A DNA stretch of 64,000 bases from an uncultured Eubacteriales bacterium (GTDB taxonomy: Bacteria > Bacillota > Clostridia > Oscillospirales > Acutalibacteraceae), in the NCBI GenBank assembly GCA_900318495.1, contig ONLA01000025.1, positions 1,971 to 65,970 of the forward strand, written 5' to 3'. Shown piece by piece: positions 9,304 to 19,085 of the stretch (position 1 is the stretch's first letter; every line of letters starts with the position of its first letter). The notes under the pieces are model-generated. The model did not search any database. It was not told where the DNA came from and was given only the letters and a program-made list of their open reading frames with translations. Made by a program: the position numbers and the translations under genes.

Positions 9304-9728
9304 TGACAGACTTGGATACAGCAAAGGAAAAGCTCGGCAGCCACTCGGTGTGCTTTTGTAAGAACGGAGAATATTTCACCTGCGACGGCAGGGGAATATC
9401 ACCGCTTATGAAGCTTGTTGAGGATGGCAGGGATGTTAGCGGCAGCGCTGTCGCCGACATAATCGTGGGCAAAGCAGCGGCAATGCTCTTTGTAAAAATG
9501 GGCGTCGCGGAGGTTTACGGCAGGGTGATGTCAAAGTCCGCCGCGAAATTTCTTGAAAAAAACGCTGTTCCGTTGTCATACGGAACATTAACGGAAAAAA
9601 TAATCAATCGCGGAGGCGACGGAATCTGCCCGATGGAGCAAGCCGTCACAGGAATTGACGATGTTGATGAAGCGTATCAGGCGCTGAAAACACGTCTTTC
9701 GGAGTTAAAATACTCAAAAAATAAATAA
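9303..9728 (+). CDS. DUF1893 (TM1506-like) protein
   Basis: RGISPL, ADIIVGKAAA, INRGGDGICPME; ATG overlaps the upstream TAA. Confidence 0.8.
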   Translation: MTDLDTAKEKLGSHSVCFCKNGEYFTCDGRGISPLMKLVEDGRDVSGSAVADIIVGKAAAMLFVKMGVAEVYGRVMSKSAAKFLEKNAVPLSYGTLTEKIINRGGDGICPMEQAVTGIDDVDEAYQALKTRLSELKYSKNK

Positions 9729-10057
9729 AATTTACACAGTGCTGAGCAAAGCGGGATTTTGTTCAGCACATTTTTGTTGTTGATATTCAACAAAAAATCT
9801 AATAGATATTTGTACAAATACAACATTAATTCATTTAAAGAATTTTCCTTTTTTCTTTTTTTACAAAATGGATAATCCATTGTCACTGATTTTTTTTGGA
9901 ACATAAACGAATATCAGCGGTTTTCTGACTATGTTGCACAAAACTATTGACTTCTTTTTATGCACGTTGTATAATCCCATTTGTCGGTTGACGAAACGCG
10001 TCACCGCAAGGCAAATAATTCAAAAATATTTAATTAATTTTTGAGGGAGAAAAAATC

Positions 10058-10792
10058 ATGACAAAAACAAATTCAGTTAAGAAAATCGTTTCATTGCTTA
10101 CAGTAGTTTGCATCCTCGCTTCAGCGCTCGGTATGTTCGCAGGAGTTTCAGCCGGCGCAGCTACAGACAAGGTAAAGATGTACTCATCTGACCTGTACTT
10201 CTCAAAGTACGGCATCACAGGCACTTATGTGTATGTACAGACAAAGGACAACGCTTCAAACCAGAAGGTTTACGTTCACTACAACTACCTTAAGGGTCAG
10301 GCTTGGAAGGACGCCCAGGCTGAGTATGTTAAGACTCTTGACGACGGTTCAAAGCTTTGGAAGGCTTACATCACAAGCTACAACACAGAGTACGCAATTA
10401 AGTATGTTGCAAACGGCATAACAACATGGGACAACAACAACGGCAAGAACTACAAGAGCGAGGCTCTCGGTTCAGCACCCATTACTGTTACCAGAGGCAG
10501 CTACTACGGCTACGGCAACTACTATGTAAACGCCGTTCTTCAGAACTACGCTTACACAAAGGTTGTAAAGGTTAGATACACAGAGGACAACTGGAAGACC
10601 TACAAGGATGTTTCCATGAAGTATTCCAACACTTACTCAAACGGCACTGAATATTGGACAGCGGCTCTTCCGCTCAGCAAGTATGACGCCGCAAATTTCA
10701 AATACTGCGTATCCTACACAGTAAACGGCAGAACCTACTGGGCTAACAACTTTGGCGCTAACTACGACGCTTCTTACAGAGTATATCCTTAA
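10058..10792 (+). CDS. Secreted protein with two tandem CBM21-like carbohydrate-binding modules
   Basis: Signal peptide; two repeats of KVxVxY..W..A/M.Y.....W.....YxIxY..NG..W(D/A)NN.G.NY; no catalytic domain. Confidence 0.75.
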   Translation: MTKTNSVKKIVSLLTVVCILASALGMFAGVSAGAATDKVKMYSSDLYFSKYGITGTYVYVQTKDNASNQKVYVHYNYLKGQAWKDAQAEYVKTLDDGSKLWKAYITSYNTEYAIKYVANGITTWDNNNGKNYKSEALGSAPITVTRGSYYGYGNYYVNAVLQNYAYTKVVKVRYTEDNWKTYKDVSMKYSNTYSNGTEYWTAALPLSKYDAANFKYCVSYTVNGRTYWANNFGANYDASYRVYP

Positions 10793-10828
10793 TTTAGGTT
10801 TTATAAATATCCTATTTCAAAAAATGCA

Positions 10829-10863
10829 GAAAACGCGGAATTAGTATAAGTTCCGCGTTTTTT
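10829..10863 (+). terminator. Rho-independent terminator
   Basis: AAAACGCGGAA...TTCCGCGTTTTTT. Confidence 0.75.
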
Positions 10864-10925
10864 GTTGCATTAATTTCTGATGTAATATATAATGTAAATG
10901 AATTTTTTGAAAAGAGGTATATTGT

Positions 10926-11318
10926 ATGCAGAAAGTTTGTGAATTTTTAAAAGCGGCGGAAACCTATTATCTCGCTACTGTTGAAGGTGACCAGCCGCGT
11001 GTACGCCCGTTCGGAACCGCAAATATTTTTGAAGGCAGGCTCTATATTCAAACAGGCAAGTCAAAATCCGTTTCAAAACAGGTTGCGGCTAATCCGAAGT
11101 TTGAAATTTGCGCGTTTAAGGACGGAACGTGGCTGCGCGTCGCGGGCGAGCTTGTTGAGGACGACCGGATTGAGGCAAAAAAGGCGATGCTTGACGCGTA
11201 TCCTTCGCTGCGCGCGATGTATGATGAAAACGACGGCAACACCCAGGTGTTCTATCTGAAAAACGCCAAGGCAACATTTTCGTCATTTACCGCGGCTCCT
11301 GAAACAGTTGAATTTTAA
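10926..11318 (+). CDS. Pyridoxamine 5'-phosphate oxidase / NimC-NimA family flavoprotein
   Basis: YLATVEGDQPRVRPF motif. Confidence 0.85.
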   Translation: MQKVCEFLKAAETYYLATVEGDQPRVRPFGTANIFEGRLYIQTGKSKSVSKQVAANPKFEICAFKDGTWLRVAGELVEDDRIEAKKAMLDAYPSLRAMYDENDGNTQVFYLKNAKATFSSFTAAPETVEF

Positions 11319-11415
11319 TACTAATACCTAATAAAAAGTAGCCAATCTTTGCGGTCTATTTTCCGCAATACTGCGTTGTCGTCCTTGCAAGGCGCCAGCC
11401 TTGCCGCGTCCTATA
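11319..11415 (-). mobile_element. MITE family 1, copy C (second arm lost)
   Basis: Identical to 6419-6510, directly after the TAA stop. Confidence 0.8.
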
Positions 11416-11435
11416 CGGCACGCAATAAGGGCAGC

Positions 11436-12143
11436 TCATTTCGGGCTGCCCTTTAAGGCAATACCGCATAATTCAGGTGTGCGGTGTTGCCTTAATAATT
11501 TGAATTCGTTTTTATGGTACTGAATAAGTCCGTCCTTCTGCATTTTTGAAAGTGTGTTTGAAAGCGCGCTGCGTTCAACGCCAAGGTAATCCGCAAGCTG
11601 CTGACGTGAAAACGGAATTGTAAAATATACGCTGCCGCTTTTGAGCGACTGCTCCGAAAAGTACGAAATCAATCTTTCTCTTGTCGATTTTGACGCGGTA
11701 TGAATTACTTTTGATGAAAGACGCAGGCTTTTTTGCGCGGATATGCGCAAAAAATTATTAATAAGCTGTTGGTGAAAGGGACAAACGTTTTCACAAACGC
11801 TTATGAGTTTGTCTATGTTTAAAAACATTACTCCGCAGTCATCTGCGGCAACAACGTCGCATAAAAGCTTTTTGCCGGGAACCGAAGCGTAAGCTTCGCC
11901 GAAAATATTTCCGGCTGTAATATGGTCGAAAATACTGCTGCTGCCGTTGTAAAAGTTTACGGTAATATTAACGCTGCCGCGTGTAATCAGTCCGATTTCC
12001 TCTATGCAGTCTCCGGCGTGAAAAATTATGTCATTCTTTTTGAAGCCTGCTTCCCTTGCTTTAAGACAAGACAGCACAGAATTTATTTCGTTTTCATTTA
12101 ATCCTCCGAACAGCTCTGTTCCGCTTAAAAACTGATGATCCAT
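11436..12143 (-). CDS. Crp/Fnr family transcriptional regulator
   Basis: cNMP domain (FGEAY) and HTH SRQQLADYLGVERSALS; C-terminal tail read from repeat family 2. Confidence 0.9.
   Translation of the reverse strand: MDHQFLSGTELFGGLNENEINSVLSCLKAREAGFKKNDIIFHAGDCIEEIGLITRGSVNITVNFYNGSSSIFDHITAGNIFGEAYASVPGKKLLCDVVAADDCGVMFLNIDKLISVCENVCPFHQQLINNFLRISAQKSLRLSSKVIHTASKSTRERLISYFSEQSLKSGSVYFTIPFSRQQLADYLGVERSALSNTLSKMQKDGLIQYHKNEFKLLRQHRTPELCGIALKGSPK
11453..11495 (+). repeat. Palindromic repeat family 2
   Basis: TTAAGGCAATACCGCATAATTCAGGTGTGCGGTGTTGCCTTAA. Confidence 0.85.
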
Positions 12144-12154
12144 AAATGCTCCCT

Positions 12155-12172
12155 TTGTTGTTTAAACAACAA
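12155..12172. promoter_or_regulatory. Perfect 18-bp palindrome, candidate Crp/Fnr autoregulatory operator
   Basis: TTGTTG-TTTAAA-CAACAA next to the RBS of the Crp/Fnr gene. Confidence 0.55.
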
Positions 12173-12323
12173 TATTCTTTTTTCTTATTATATTATAAAG
12201 TTTTTTTAAATTCAAGAATTATTTAAAAATATTTCTCAAAATCTATTGTTATTTTGACATAAAATAGGGTATAATGTAAACAACTCTATTATTATAGGGA
12301 AAGATTTACAGGAGAAGGTTATT

Positions 12324-13739
12324 ATGGAAGCAATTACAAATTTCTTTACCGCTATTGATGATGTAATGTATTATCCGATACTCATCATTGTATTGGCGGC
12401 GGCAGGACTGTTTTTTACGTTTCGTACGAAGTTTGCGCAAATCAGGCTGTTTGGAACAGCGTGCAAGCTGATTGTTGAAAAGCCGGCGTCGCAGCAAAAG
12501 GTTTCTTCGTTTCAGGCGCTTATGGTTTCAACCGCGTCACGTGTAGGCACCGGCAACATTGTAGGCGTATCAACCGCAATTTGCCTCGGAGGTCCCGGAG
12601 CCTGCTTTTGGATGTGGCTGATGTGCATAATCGGCGCTTCGTCCGCTTTCATCGAAAGTACGCTGGCGCAAATTTTCAAGCAGAAGGACAAAAACGGCAA
12701 CAGCTATGGCGGACCGGCTTATTACATTGAAAAGGCGCTCAAGCTTCCGGTTATTGCCGGCGTGTTCTGCGTTTTCCTTATTGCTACCTATGCCTTCGGT
12801 TTTAATCTGCTTTGCTCTTATAACCTGCAGTCATCCTTCCAGATTTACAGCTTTTATGACGACACTTGGACGCCGCTGATTGTCGGCGGAGTTTTGGCTG
12901 TTGCCGTTGGTTTTTGTGTACTCGGCGGAGGCAGCAGAATTATTAAGCTCACCGAAAAAGTAGTTCCAGTTATGGGCATTGCTTATGTTTTAATTTCCTT
13001 GATTATTATTTTCGCTCATATTACATATGTACCGCAGGCATTTGCCGATATTTTTAAGGACGCGTTTAACTTTAGGGCGATTTTCGGCGGACTCAGCGGT
13101 TCGTGTATGGTTTACGGCATCAAGCGCGGACTCTACTCAAACGAGGCAGGCGTTGGTTCTGCGCCTAACGCTTCGGCTTCAGCCGACGTTACCCACCCCG
13201 TAAAGCAGGGCTTGGTTCAGACCATTTCTGTTTATATTGATACAATGCTGCTTTGTACCGCGACGGCTCTTATGTGCCTTTGCTCGGGCGTTGAAAATCT
13301 TGAATCACTTTCGGGCGCGCCTTATGTTCAAAGCGCCGTTTCCACTGTTTTCGGAACAGCGGGTCCGGTTTTTATAACTGTCGCAATGGTGCTGTTCGCG
13401 TTTACTACATTAATCGGAAACCTTTATTATGTTGACAACGCGCTTGCGTACCTCAATAAAAAGCGTCCGCCGTCAAAAAAGTTTATGACCTTCTTTTACA
13501 TTGCGTGCATAATTGTAATCTTTGTCGGAGCCGTTACTCCGATGGATTTGGCGTGGACAATGGCGGACATTACAATGGGCGGTATGACGCTGATAAACAT
13601 TCCGTGCTGTCTTATTTTGTCGGGCATCGCGATAAAAGCTCTCAGGGACTTTGAAAGCCAAAAAAAGCGAAAACTCAATCCTGAGTTTAAGGCAAGAAAT
13701 ATCGGACTTGACGATTCCAAGCTCAGCTTTTGGAAGTAA
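12324..13739 (+). CDS. Alanine/glycine:cation symporter (AGCS family)
   Basis: RVGTGNIVGV, GGPGA.FWMW, GGPAYY, RGLYSNEAGVGSAP. Confidence 0.93.
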   Translation: MEAITNFFTAIDDVMYYPILIIVLAAAGLFFTFRTKFAQIRLFGTACKLIVEKPASQQKVSSFQALMVSTASRVGTGNIVGVSTAICLGGPGACFWMWLMCIIGASSAFIESTLAQIFKQKDKNGNSYGGPAYYIEKALKLPVIAGVFCVFLIATYAFGFNLLCSYNLQSSFQIYSFYDDTWTPLIVGGVLAVAVGFCVLGGGSRIIKLTEKVVPVMGIAYVLISLIIIFAHITYVPQAFADIFKDAFNFRAIFGGLSGSCMVYGIKRGLYSNEAGVGSAPNASASADVTHPVKQGLVQTISVYIDTMLLCTATALMCLCSGVENLESLSGAPYVQSAVSTVFGTAGPVFITVAMVLFAFTTLIGNLYYVDNALAYLNKKRPPSKKFMTFFYIACIIVIFVGAVTPMDLAWTMADITMGGMTLINIPCCLILSGIAIKALRDFESQKKRKLNPEFKARNIGLDDSKLSFWK

Positions 13740-13844
13740 TTGTTATTGTCAGTTCAGCCGCGTTCTTTGTGCACACGGGCGATGATTATAAAGCGCGTAT
13801 TTTGATACGCACAGCCGCATATACTTTTTAACGGAGCGTGAGCT

Positions 13845-14657
13845 ATGAGCAGACAGCCGGTATTAACTGAATATAACATCCGTGTTCCGAGGTTGAAACA
13901 CAAACTGAAAATAGCCTTAATAGCGGACGTACACGAAAGAAACGTTGATGATGTTTTTGACTTAATAAAAGACCAAAATCCCGACATTATTGCCGTGGCA
14001 GGCGACACCTTTGAACGTTACAGGGATGAGGAAGATTCCGGAGAAAGCGGAAAAATAAGTTTTATAAGGTGCCTGTTCATCAATTTGATACATTATGCGA
14101 ATTTGTTTATGAGGGTTCTGTTTGACCGTCATAATAATCCCGACGCAGAAAATTCTTACCGCTTTTTGAAAAAGGCTTCCGCTTTGGCGCCGGTGTTTAT
14201 GAGCCTCGGCAATCACGAGGAAACGCTCACGGATGAAGATAAGGCATTTTTGAAGCGGAATAACGTTAACCTGCTTGATAATTCAGACAAAGCCGTAACG
14301 GTAAAAAACCAGGCTCTGCTTATAGGAGGCTTATCGCCTTTGCGTGACGATGAATGGCTTAAAAGCTTCGCAAAAAAGGACGGCGTAAAAATTTTGCTGT
14401 GCCACCATCCCGAATACTACGGCGACGGAATCCGCAGTACAGATATCGACCTTGTTTTATCAGGACATAACCACGGCGGACAAATTCGGATTTTCGGCAG
14501 GGGACTTGTGTCATCCTCAACGGGCTTATTTCCTAAATACGACAGAGGATTATACGAAAACAGGCTTGTTGTTACGGCAGGAAGCTCAAATCCCGTGTCC
14601 GTCCCGAGAATAAACAATCCGCGCGAGGCGGTAATCGTTACACTTACAAACTGTTAA
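13845..14657 (+). CDS. Metallophosphoesterase (YkuE-like)
   Basis: DVH, GD, GNHE, HHP, GHNHGGQ motifs. Confidence 0.88.
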   Translation: MSRQPVLTEYNIRVPRLKHKLKIALIADVHERNVDDVFDLIKDQNPDIIAVAGDTFERYRDEEDSGESGKISFIRCLFINLIHYANLFMRVLFDRHNNPDAENSYRFLKKASALAPVFMSLGNHEETLTDEDKAFLKRNNVNLLDNSDKAVTVKNQALLIGGLSPLRDDEWLKSFAKKDGVKILLCHHPEYYGDGIRSTDIDLVLSGHNHGGQIRIFGRGLVSSSTGLFPKYDRGLYENRLVVTAGSSNPVSVPRINNPREAVIVTLTNC

Positions 14658-14696
14658 GGCAATACCGCATAATTGAGGTGTGCGGTGTTGCCTTAA
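14654..14696 (+). repeat. Palindromic repeat family 2
   Basis: One mismatch to 11453-11495; overlaps the TAA stop of the upstream gene. Confidence 0.85.
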
Positions 14697-14747
14697 AATA
14701 TGTACAGGGCTGCCGGTTAACAACGGCGGCCCTGTTTTCCTGTTCGC

Positions 14748-14939
14748 TTATGAAAAAATATCCGACGGCTTGTTGTCAGCTTCAAAGCTGCGGCAGTCAA
14801 CGCCGGACGGCGTTTGCGGTTCGCTTTCGCGGGTGCCTACGCGGATTGCTTCAAGAGCGCAGTAATTCTGATTTTTGTTGTGGTTCTTGCAGTTTGTTAC
14901 GCTGCATTCAATACAGTGGTTAACATAACGGTTGCTCAT
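14748..14939 (-). CDS. DUF1540 small Cys-rich protein
   Basis: IECSVTNCKNH...YCAL..I.VG...DCRSF; RBS GAGGTG. Confidence 0.8.
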   Translation of the reverse strand: MSNRYVNHCIECSVTNCKNHNKNQNYCALEAIRVGTRESEPQTPSGVDCRSFEADNKPSDIFS

Positions 14940-15031
14940 ATAAATTCACCTCGCTATTATATTCGGCAATTTGTTTGCTGTTATTCATCACTATTTCAGA
15001 TTTTCAAAATATAATAAACCGAGGTGGTTTT

Positions 15032-15379
15032 ATGAGCTTGCTATCATCAATAATTCTTGTGGTTCTCGCGGTAACCGGCGCGGCAAGCATTGTGGAATAT
15101 ATTTCTCAAAGGCTGTTTTCAAGCCGTGACAATCAGCTTACGGTATTTGTAGCTCCGCTAAAGGACGGCTCCGAAAATGCCGAACAGCTTTTGCGTATAA
15201 CCGCAGCAAAGCTTAACAGCGGCAGGTTTAAGCAGTCATATGCCGTTTGTCTTGACTGCGGAATGGATGACAAAACGCGAAAAATATGCGAGAAAATTTG
15301 CGAAGATTACGGCAATATCGAGCTTATGAGCAAAAGTGAATTCGCGCGGAAATTTGAAATATGCCAAAACGGCTCATAA
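15032..15379 (+). CDS. Hypothetical membrane-anchored protein
   Basis: RBS GAGGTG, N-terminal TM. Confidence 0.65.
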   Translation: MSLLSSIILVVLAVTGAASIVEYISQRLFSSRDNQLTVFVAPLKDGSENAEQLLRITAAKLNSGRFKQSYAVCLDCGMDDKTRKICEKICEDYGNIELMSKSEFARKFEICQNGS

Positions 15380-15445
15380 AAGTATTGTTATCTTTTGATT
15401 TTTGCGGTATACTACTATATATAGCGCTTGCGCATAGTTTTATTT

Positions 15446-15555
15446 TATACTAATACCTAATAAAAAGTAGCCAATCTTTGCGGTCTATTTTCCGCAATAC
15501 TGCGTTGTCGTCCTTGCAAGGCGCCAGCCTTGCCGCGTCTATCAGGAATTAGTAT
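15446..15555 (-). mobile_element. MITE family 1, copy D (both termini, ~50-bp deletion), upstream of recD2
   Basis: TATACTAATACC...GCCGCGTC joined to TATCAGGAATTAGTAT. Confidence 0.85.
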
Positions 15556-15598
15556 TAACCGCGCGGAGCGGCAATTTGAATAATCCGGGGAAGATAAA

Positions 15599-17818
15599 AT
15601 GACAGAACAACCCTTGTTAAGGCTCGAGGGAGCAGTGGAAAACGTTGTATACCGCAACGAAGATAACGGCTATACCGTGCTTGAAATTTCCGACGGTGAC
15701 GATTACATTACGGCGGTCGGCAATATGCCGATGGTCAGCGCCGGCGACACGGTAGAGCTTACCGGCAGCTACACCGAGCACCGCAGCTACGGCAGACAGT
15801 TTTCGGTAAAGGTCTGCGAGGTGTGCCGTCCCACCGAAACCGCGGACATTTTGCGCTATCTTTCGTCGGGCGCAATCAAGGGTATAGGACCTTCCACGGC
15901 TCAAAGGATTGTTAAGGAGTTCGGCGAGGCGGCGCTTGACGTGCTCGAAAACCAACCCGAACGCGTCGCGATGCTAAAGGGTATTTCGCGCGCTAAAGCA
16001 CTTGATTTTTCGGCTCAGCTCAAGGCAAACACCGGAGTGCGCACGCTTATGCTTTATCTTGGGGAATACAATATTTCAAACGCTTCCGCCGTAAAAATAT
16101 TCAACGCGCTCGGAGCAGGGTGTGTTGAGCAAATCAGGAAAAATCCGTACATACTTTGCGGAGCGGGCTTTGGAGTATCCTTTGAAAGCGCTGATTTTAT
16201 CGCTAAAAAGGAGAACCTTTTGCCGGACAGCGAGGTACGATTACGCGCGGGGCTTGTTTATGTGCTCCGTCACAACGAGGGCAACGGTCACACCTGTTTG
16301 CCTAAGCAAAAGCTTTCCGAAATCACGGCGCGGTTTTTGTCGGTGGACAGGCAGCCGGTAGAAAATTGTATGGATGATATGTTGTTTGACCGCAGTCTTA
16401 TACTTGACACAATCGACGGAAAAGAGTTTGTCTTTACCAGTCAAATGCACCTTACCGAAACCTACATAGCCTCCCGGATTAAGCTTATGCTGGGCTTTAC
16501 CGCCGAGCGGATAAGCAAAATCGACGAGGCGATTTCAGCCTGCGAAAAGGAGGACGGAATTGAGTACGCCCTGCTGCAAAAGCAGGCGATAACCGCCGCG
16601 CTGACCGAGGGAATGTTGGTTCTTACGGGAGGCCCCGGCACGGGAAAAACCACAACGCTTAACGCGATTATAAAAATACTTCAGAGCAGGGGAAAAAAGG
16701 TGCTGCTTGCCGCCCCGACCGGACGAGCCGCGCAGCGTATGAGCGAGCTTACCGGCAACGAAGCAAAGACAATTCACCGCCTTTTGGAGGTCAGCTGGGA
16801 CAGGCAGGACAACCCTGTGTTTAATAAAAATGAACGCGATATGCTTAAATGCGACGCGTTGATTATCGACGAGGTTTCAATGGTTGACGCTCAAATATTT
16901 GAGAGCGTAATGCGCGCGCTTCCGCTCGGCTGCCGCTTGATTCTTGTCGGCGACAGTGACCAGCTTCCGTCGGTAGGCGCCGGCAATGTGCTTGGCGATT
17001 TAATCGCCAGCAACGTTGTTCCCGTTGTGACGCTTAACGAGATTTTCCGCCAGGCTCAGCAAAGCCTGATTGTTACCAACGCTCACAAAATAGTGAAGGG
17101 CGAAATGCCGGTGTTAAACAGCAGGGACAAGGACTTCTTCTTTCTTTACCGTGACCACAAAACCGTAGTAACCGACGTTATTGTTGATTTGTGCTCAAAG
17201 CGTTTGCCGGCGGCTTACGGTTATTCGCCGTTTGAAAATATTCAGGTGCTTTCACCCTCAAAAAAAGGCGAGCTCGGCACCGCGGAGCTTAACCATAAAC
17301 TGCAGGCAAGACTTAATCCGCGTTCGGACGATAAGCCCGAGGTTACAATCGGTTCAAAAACCTTCCGCACCGGCGACAAGGTTATGCAGATTAAAAACAA
17401 TTATGACATTCGCTGGTTCCGTGAAAACGGCGAAACAGGCGAGGGTATTTTTAACGGCGACATAGGAATAATTGACCGGATTGACCGCAAGGCAAAGATT
17501 ATTAAAATAAACTTTTACGATAAAACCGCCGCTATGAGCTTTGAGGCGGCAGGCGAGCTTGACTTTGCCTACGCGATCACTGTACACAAAAGCCAGGGAA
17601 ACGAGTTTGACGCGGTGGTTATGCCGATGTTTCCCGGTCCTTCGCAGCTTTATTACCGCAATTTGCTTTATACCGCTGTAACAAGGGCAAAAAAGACGCT
17701 TGTGCTTGTGGGTAATCCTGCAACGGTTGAGCAGATGGTAAACAATAACCGGCGTACAAAACGATACACAGCGCTGCGCGAGTTTTTGAGGCGCGGCGAT
17801 ATCATTTATTCCACATAA
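15599..17818 (+). CDS. recD2: ATP-dependent RecD2-like SF1B helicase
   Basis: GGPGTGKT, DEVSM, GDSDQLPSVG, YAITVHKSQG, N-terminal OB/HhH region. Confidence 0.93.
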   Translation: MTEQPLLRLEGAVENVVYRNEDNGYTVLEISDGDDYITAVGNMPMVSAGDTVELTGSYTEHRSYGRQFSVKVCEVCRPTETADILRYLSSGAIKGIGPSTAQRIVKEFGEAALDVLENQPERVAMLKGISRAKALDFSAQLKANTGVRTLMLYLGEYNISNASAVKIFNALGAGCVEQIRKNPYILCGAGFGVSFESADFIAKKENLLPDSEVRLRAGLVYVLRHNEGNGHTCLPKQKLSEITARFLSVDRQPVENCMDDMLFDRSLILDTIDGKEFVFTSQMHLTETYIASRIKLMLGFTAERISKIDEAISACEKEDGIEYALLQKQAITAALTEGMLVLTGGPGTGKTTTLNAIIKILQSRGKKVLLAAPTGRAAQRMSELTGNEAKTIHRLLEVSWDRQDNPVFNKNERDMLKCDALIIDEVSMVDAQIFESVMRALPLGCRLILVGDSDQLPSVGAGNVLGDLIASNVVPVVTLNEIFRQAQQSLIVTNAHKIVKGEMPVLNSRDKDFFFLYRDHKTVVTDVIVDLCSKRLPAAYGYSPFENIQVLSPSKKGELGTAELNHKLQARLNPRSDDKPEVTIGSKTFRTGDKVMQIKNNYDIRWFRENGETGEGIFNGDIGIIDRIDRKAKIIKINFYDKTAAMSFEAAGELDFAYAITVHKSQGNEFDAVVMPMFPGPSQLYYRNLLYTAVTRAKKTLVLVGNPATVEQMVNNNRRTKRYTALREFLRRGDIIYST

Positions 17819-17832
17819 TACAGGAGAATACT

Positions 17833-18852
17833 ATGGATATAGCTATAGATTTAGGCTCAGACAGAATAAGGGTATTTATCGAGGGAAAAGGCAAGGTGCT
17901 TGACGAAGCAAGCGTAATTACTTACGACGTTGATACGCGTGAGGTTTTCGCGGTGGGCAACGCGGCGTATAATATGATTGGCAAAACGCCCTACGGAATT
18001 CGCGCCGCGCATCCGCTTGACAGCGGAGTAATCGCGCAGTCAGATTTGGTTGAGAATATGGTTGAAATTCTGCTGAAAGAGGTTTGCACCGTTAAGATAG
18101 TTATGCCGCGTGTTGTAACGGCTATTCCGTGCGAGCTTACCGAGGTTGAAAAACGCGCTGTGGTAAACGCTGTAAGCACCGTAGGCGCGCGCAAAGTGTT
18201 CCTTATTGAAAGTCCCAAGGCGGCGGCACTCGGCTGCGGAGTAGACATTACCTCGCCTCACGGCACATTCATTGCGGATATCGGCAGCGGCACCGCGGAT
18301 ATAGGCGTGCTTTCGCTCGGCGGACTGTCGGTTTCAAAGAGCGTTAAACGCGCCGGCAGCGCAATGGATGAGGAAATCGTAAAATTTATCCGCAAAAAGT
18401 ACAACCTTATTATCGGCACAAATATGGCTGAAAGGTGCAAGCAGGAGGTTGGCTGCGTGCTGATACCGAGCGAACCGAAAACCTTTAGGTTAAAGGGAAG
18501 AGACGCTGTGACAGGGCTTCCGCGCTTTGTGGATGTAGGCTATTCCGACATTAAGCCCGCAATTGAGGAGATTGCGGGTGAGATAGTAACGGCAATCCGC
18601 GATGTGCTCGAGCAAACTCCGCCCGAGCTTTCAAGCGATATTTACAACGACGGAATAATTCTTACCGGCGGACTGTCAAAGCTGACCGGGCTTGCAAAGC
18701 TTGTCAGCGAATCAACCAAGCTTAGGGTCAGGGTTCACAAATACGCGCCCGATTGTGTAATTATGGGCTGCGGCAAGGCAATCCGTTTTATTGATGAACA
18801 GGAAAAAGGTTCGGTAAAGGGCGGACTGTCACCGCTTATGGCGGCATATTAA
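17833..18852 (+). CDS. mreB: MreB/Mbl family actin-like protein (divergent paralogue)
   Basis: IDLG, TEVEKRA, DIGSGT, AERCK, GIILTGG. Confidence 0.82.
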   Translation: MDIAIDLGSDRIRVFIEGKGKVLDEASVITYDVDTREVFAVGNAAYNMIGKTPYGIRAAHPLDSGVIAQSDLVENMVEILLKEVCTVKIVMPRVVTAIPCELTEVEKRAVVNAVSTVGARKVFLIESPKAAALGCGVDITSPHGTFIADIGSGTADIGVLSLGGLSVSKSVKRAGSAMDEEIVKFIRKKYNLIIGTNMAERCKQEVGCVLIPSEPKTFRLKGRDAVTGLPRFVDVGYSDIKPAIEEIAGEIVTAIRDVLEQTPPELSSDIYNDGIILTGGLSKLTGLAKLVSESTKLRVRVHKYAPDCVIMGCGKAIRFIDEQEKGSVKGGLSPLMAAY

Positions 18853-18897
18853 ATAAAGGGAGGCGCTGAGCCTCCCAAAAAAAAATTCAAAAACCTA

Positions 18898-18958
18898 TTG
18901 ACAAGATAGACTTTATATGTTATTATAATGGCACGCTAAAACCTATTAATTCTATAGG
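18898..18958 (+). promoter_or_regulatory. SigA promoter plus CCTAT-N7-ATAGG palindrome (candidate Rrf2/CymR-type operator)
   Basis: TTGACA(18898)-17 bp-TATTAT with TG extension; palindrome at 18942-18958. Confidence 0.6.
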
Positions 18959-18974
18959 CAATGGAGTGGTTACT

Positions 18975-19019
18975 ATGACTTTTTATCTCAACAGATGTTG
19001 TTACGACAGCCGAATGTAG
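18975..19019 (+). CDS. Putative leader peptide MTFYLNRCCYDSRM
   Basis: GGAG RBS 8 nt upstream, tandem TGT TGT Cys codons, located in the 5' leader of metY. Confidence 0.5.
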   Translation: MTFYLNRCCYDSRM

Positions 19020-19085
19020 TATTATACTAATATCTGTCACCATTCGAATACATTAAAAAACAAACATCAAAAGGAGATATATAAA

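Noticed and set aside
9981-10015. Hairpin in the CBM21-gene leader as a riboswitch
   Set aside because: A single small stem at the predicted transcript 5' end, with no aptamer motif or expression platform that I recognise.
10837-10848. GGAATTAGTATA matching the MITE terminus inside a terminator
   Set aside because: Only 12 AT-rich bases and part of the terminator stem; cannot be distinguished from chance.
15457-15657. 66-aa minus-strand ORF
   Set aside because: Read from MITE copy D and the antisense of recD2.
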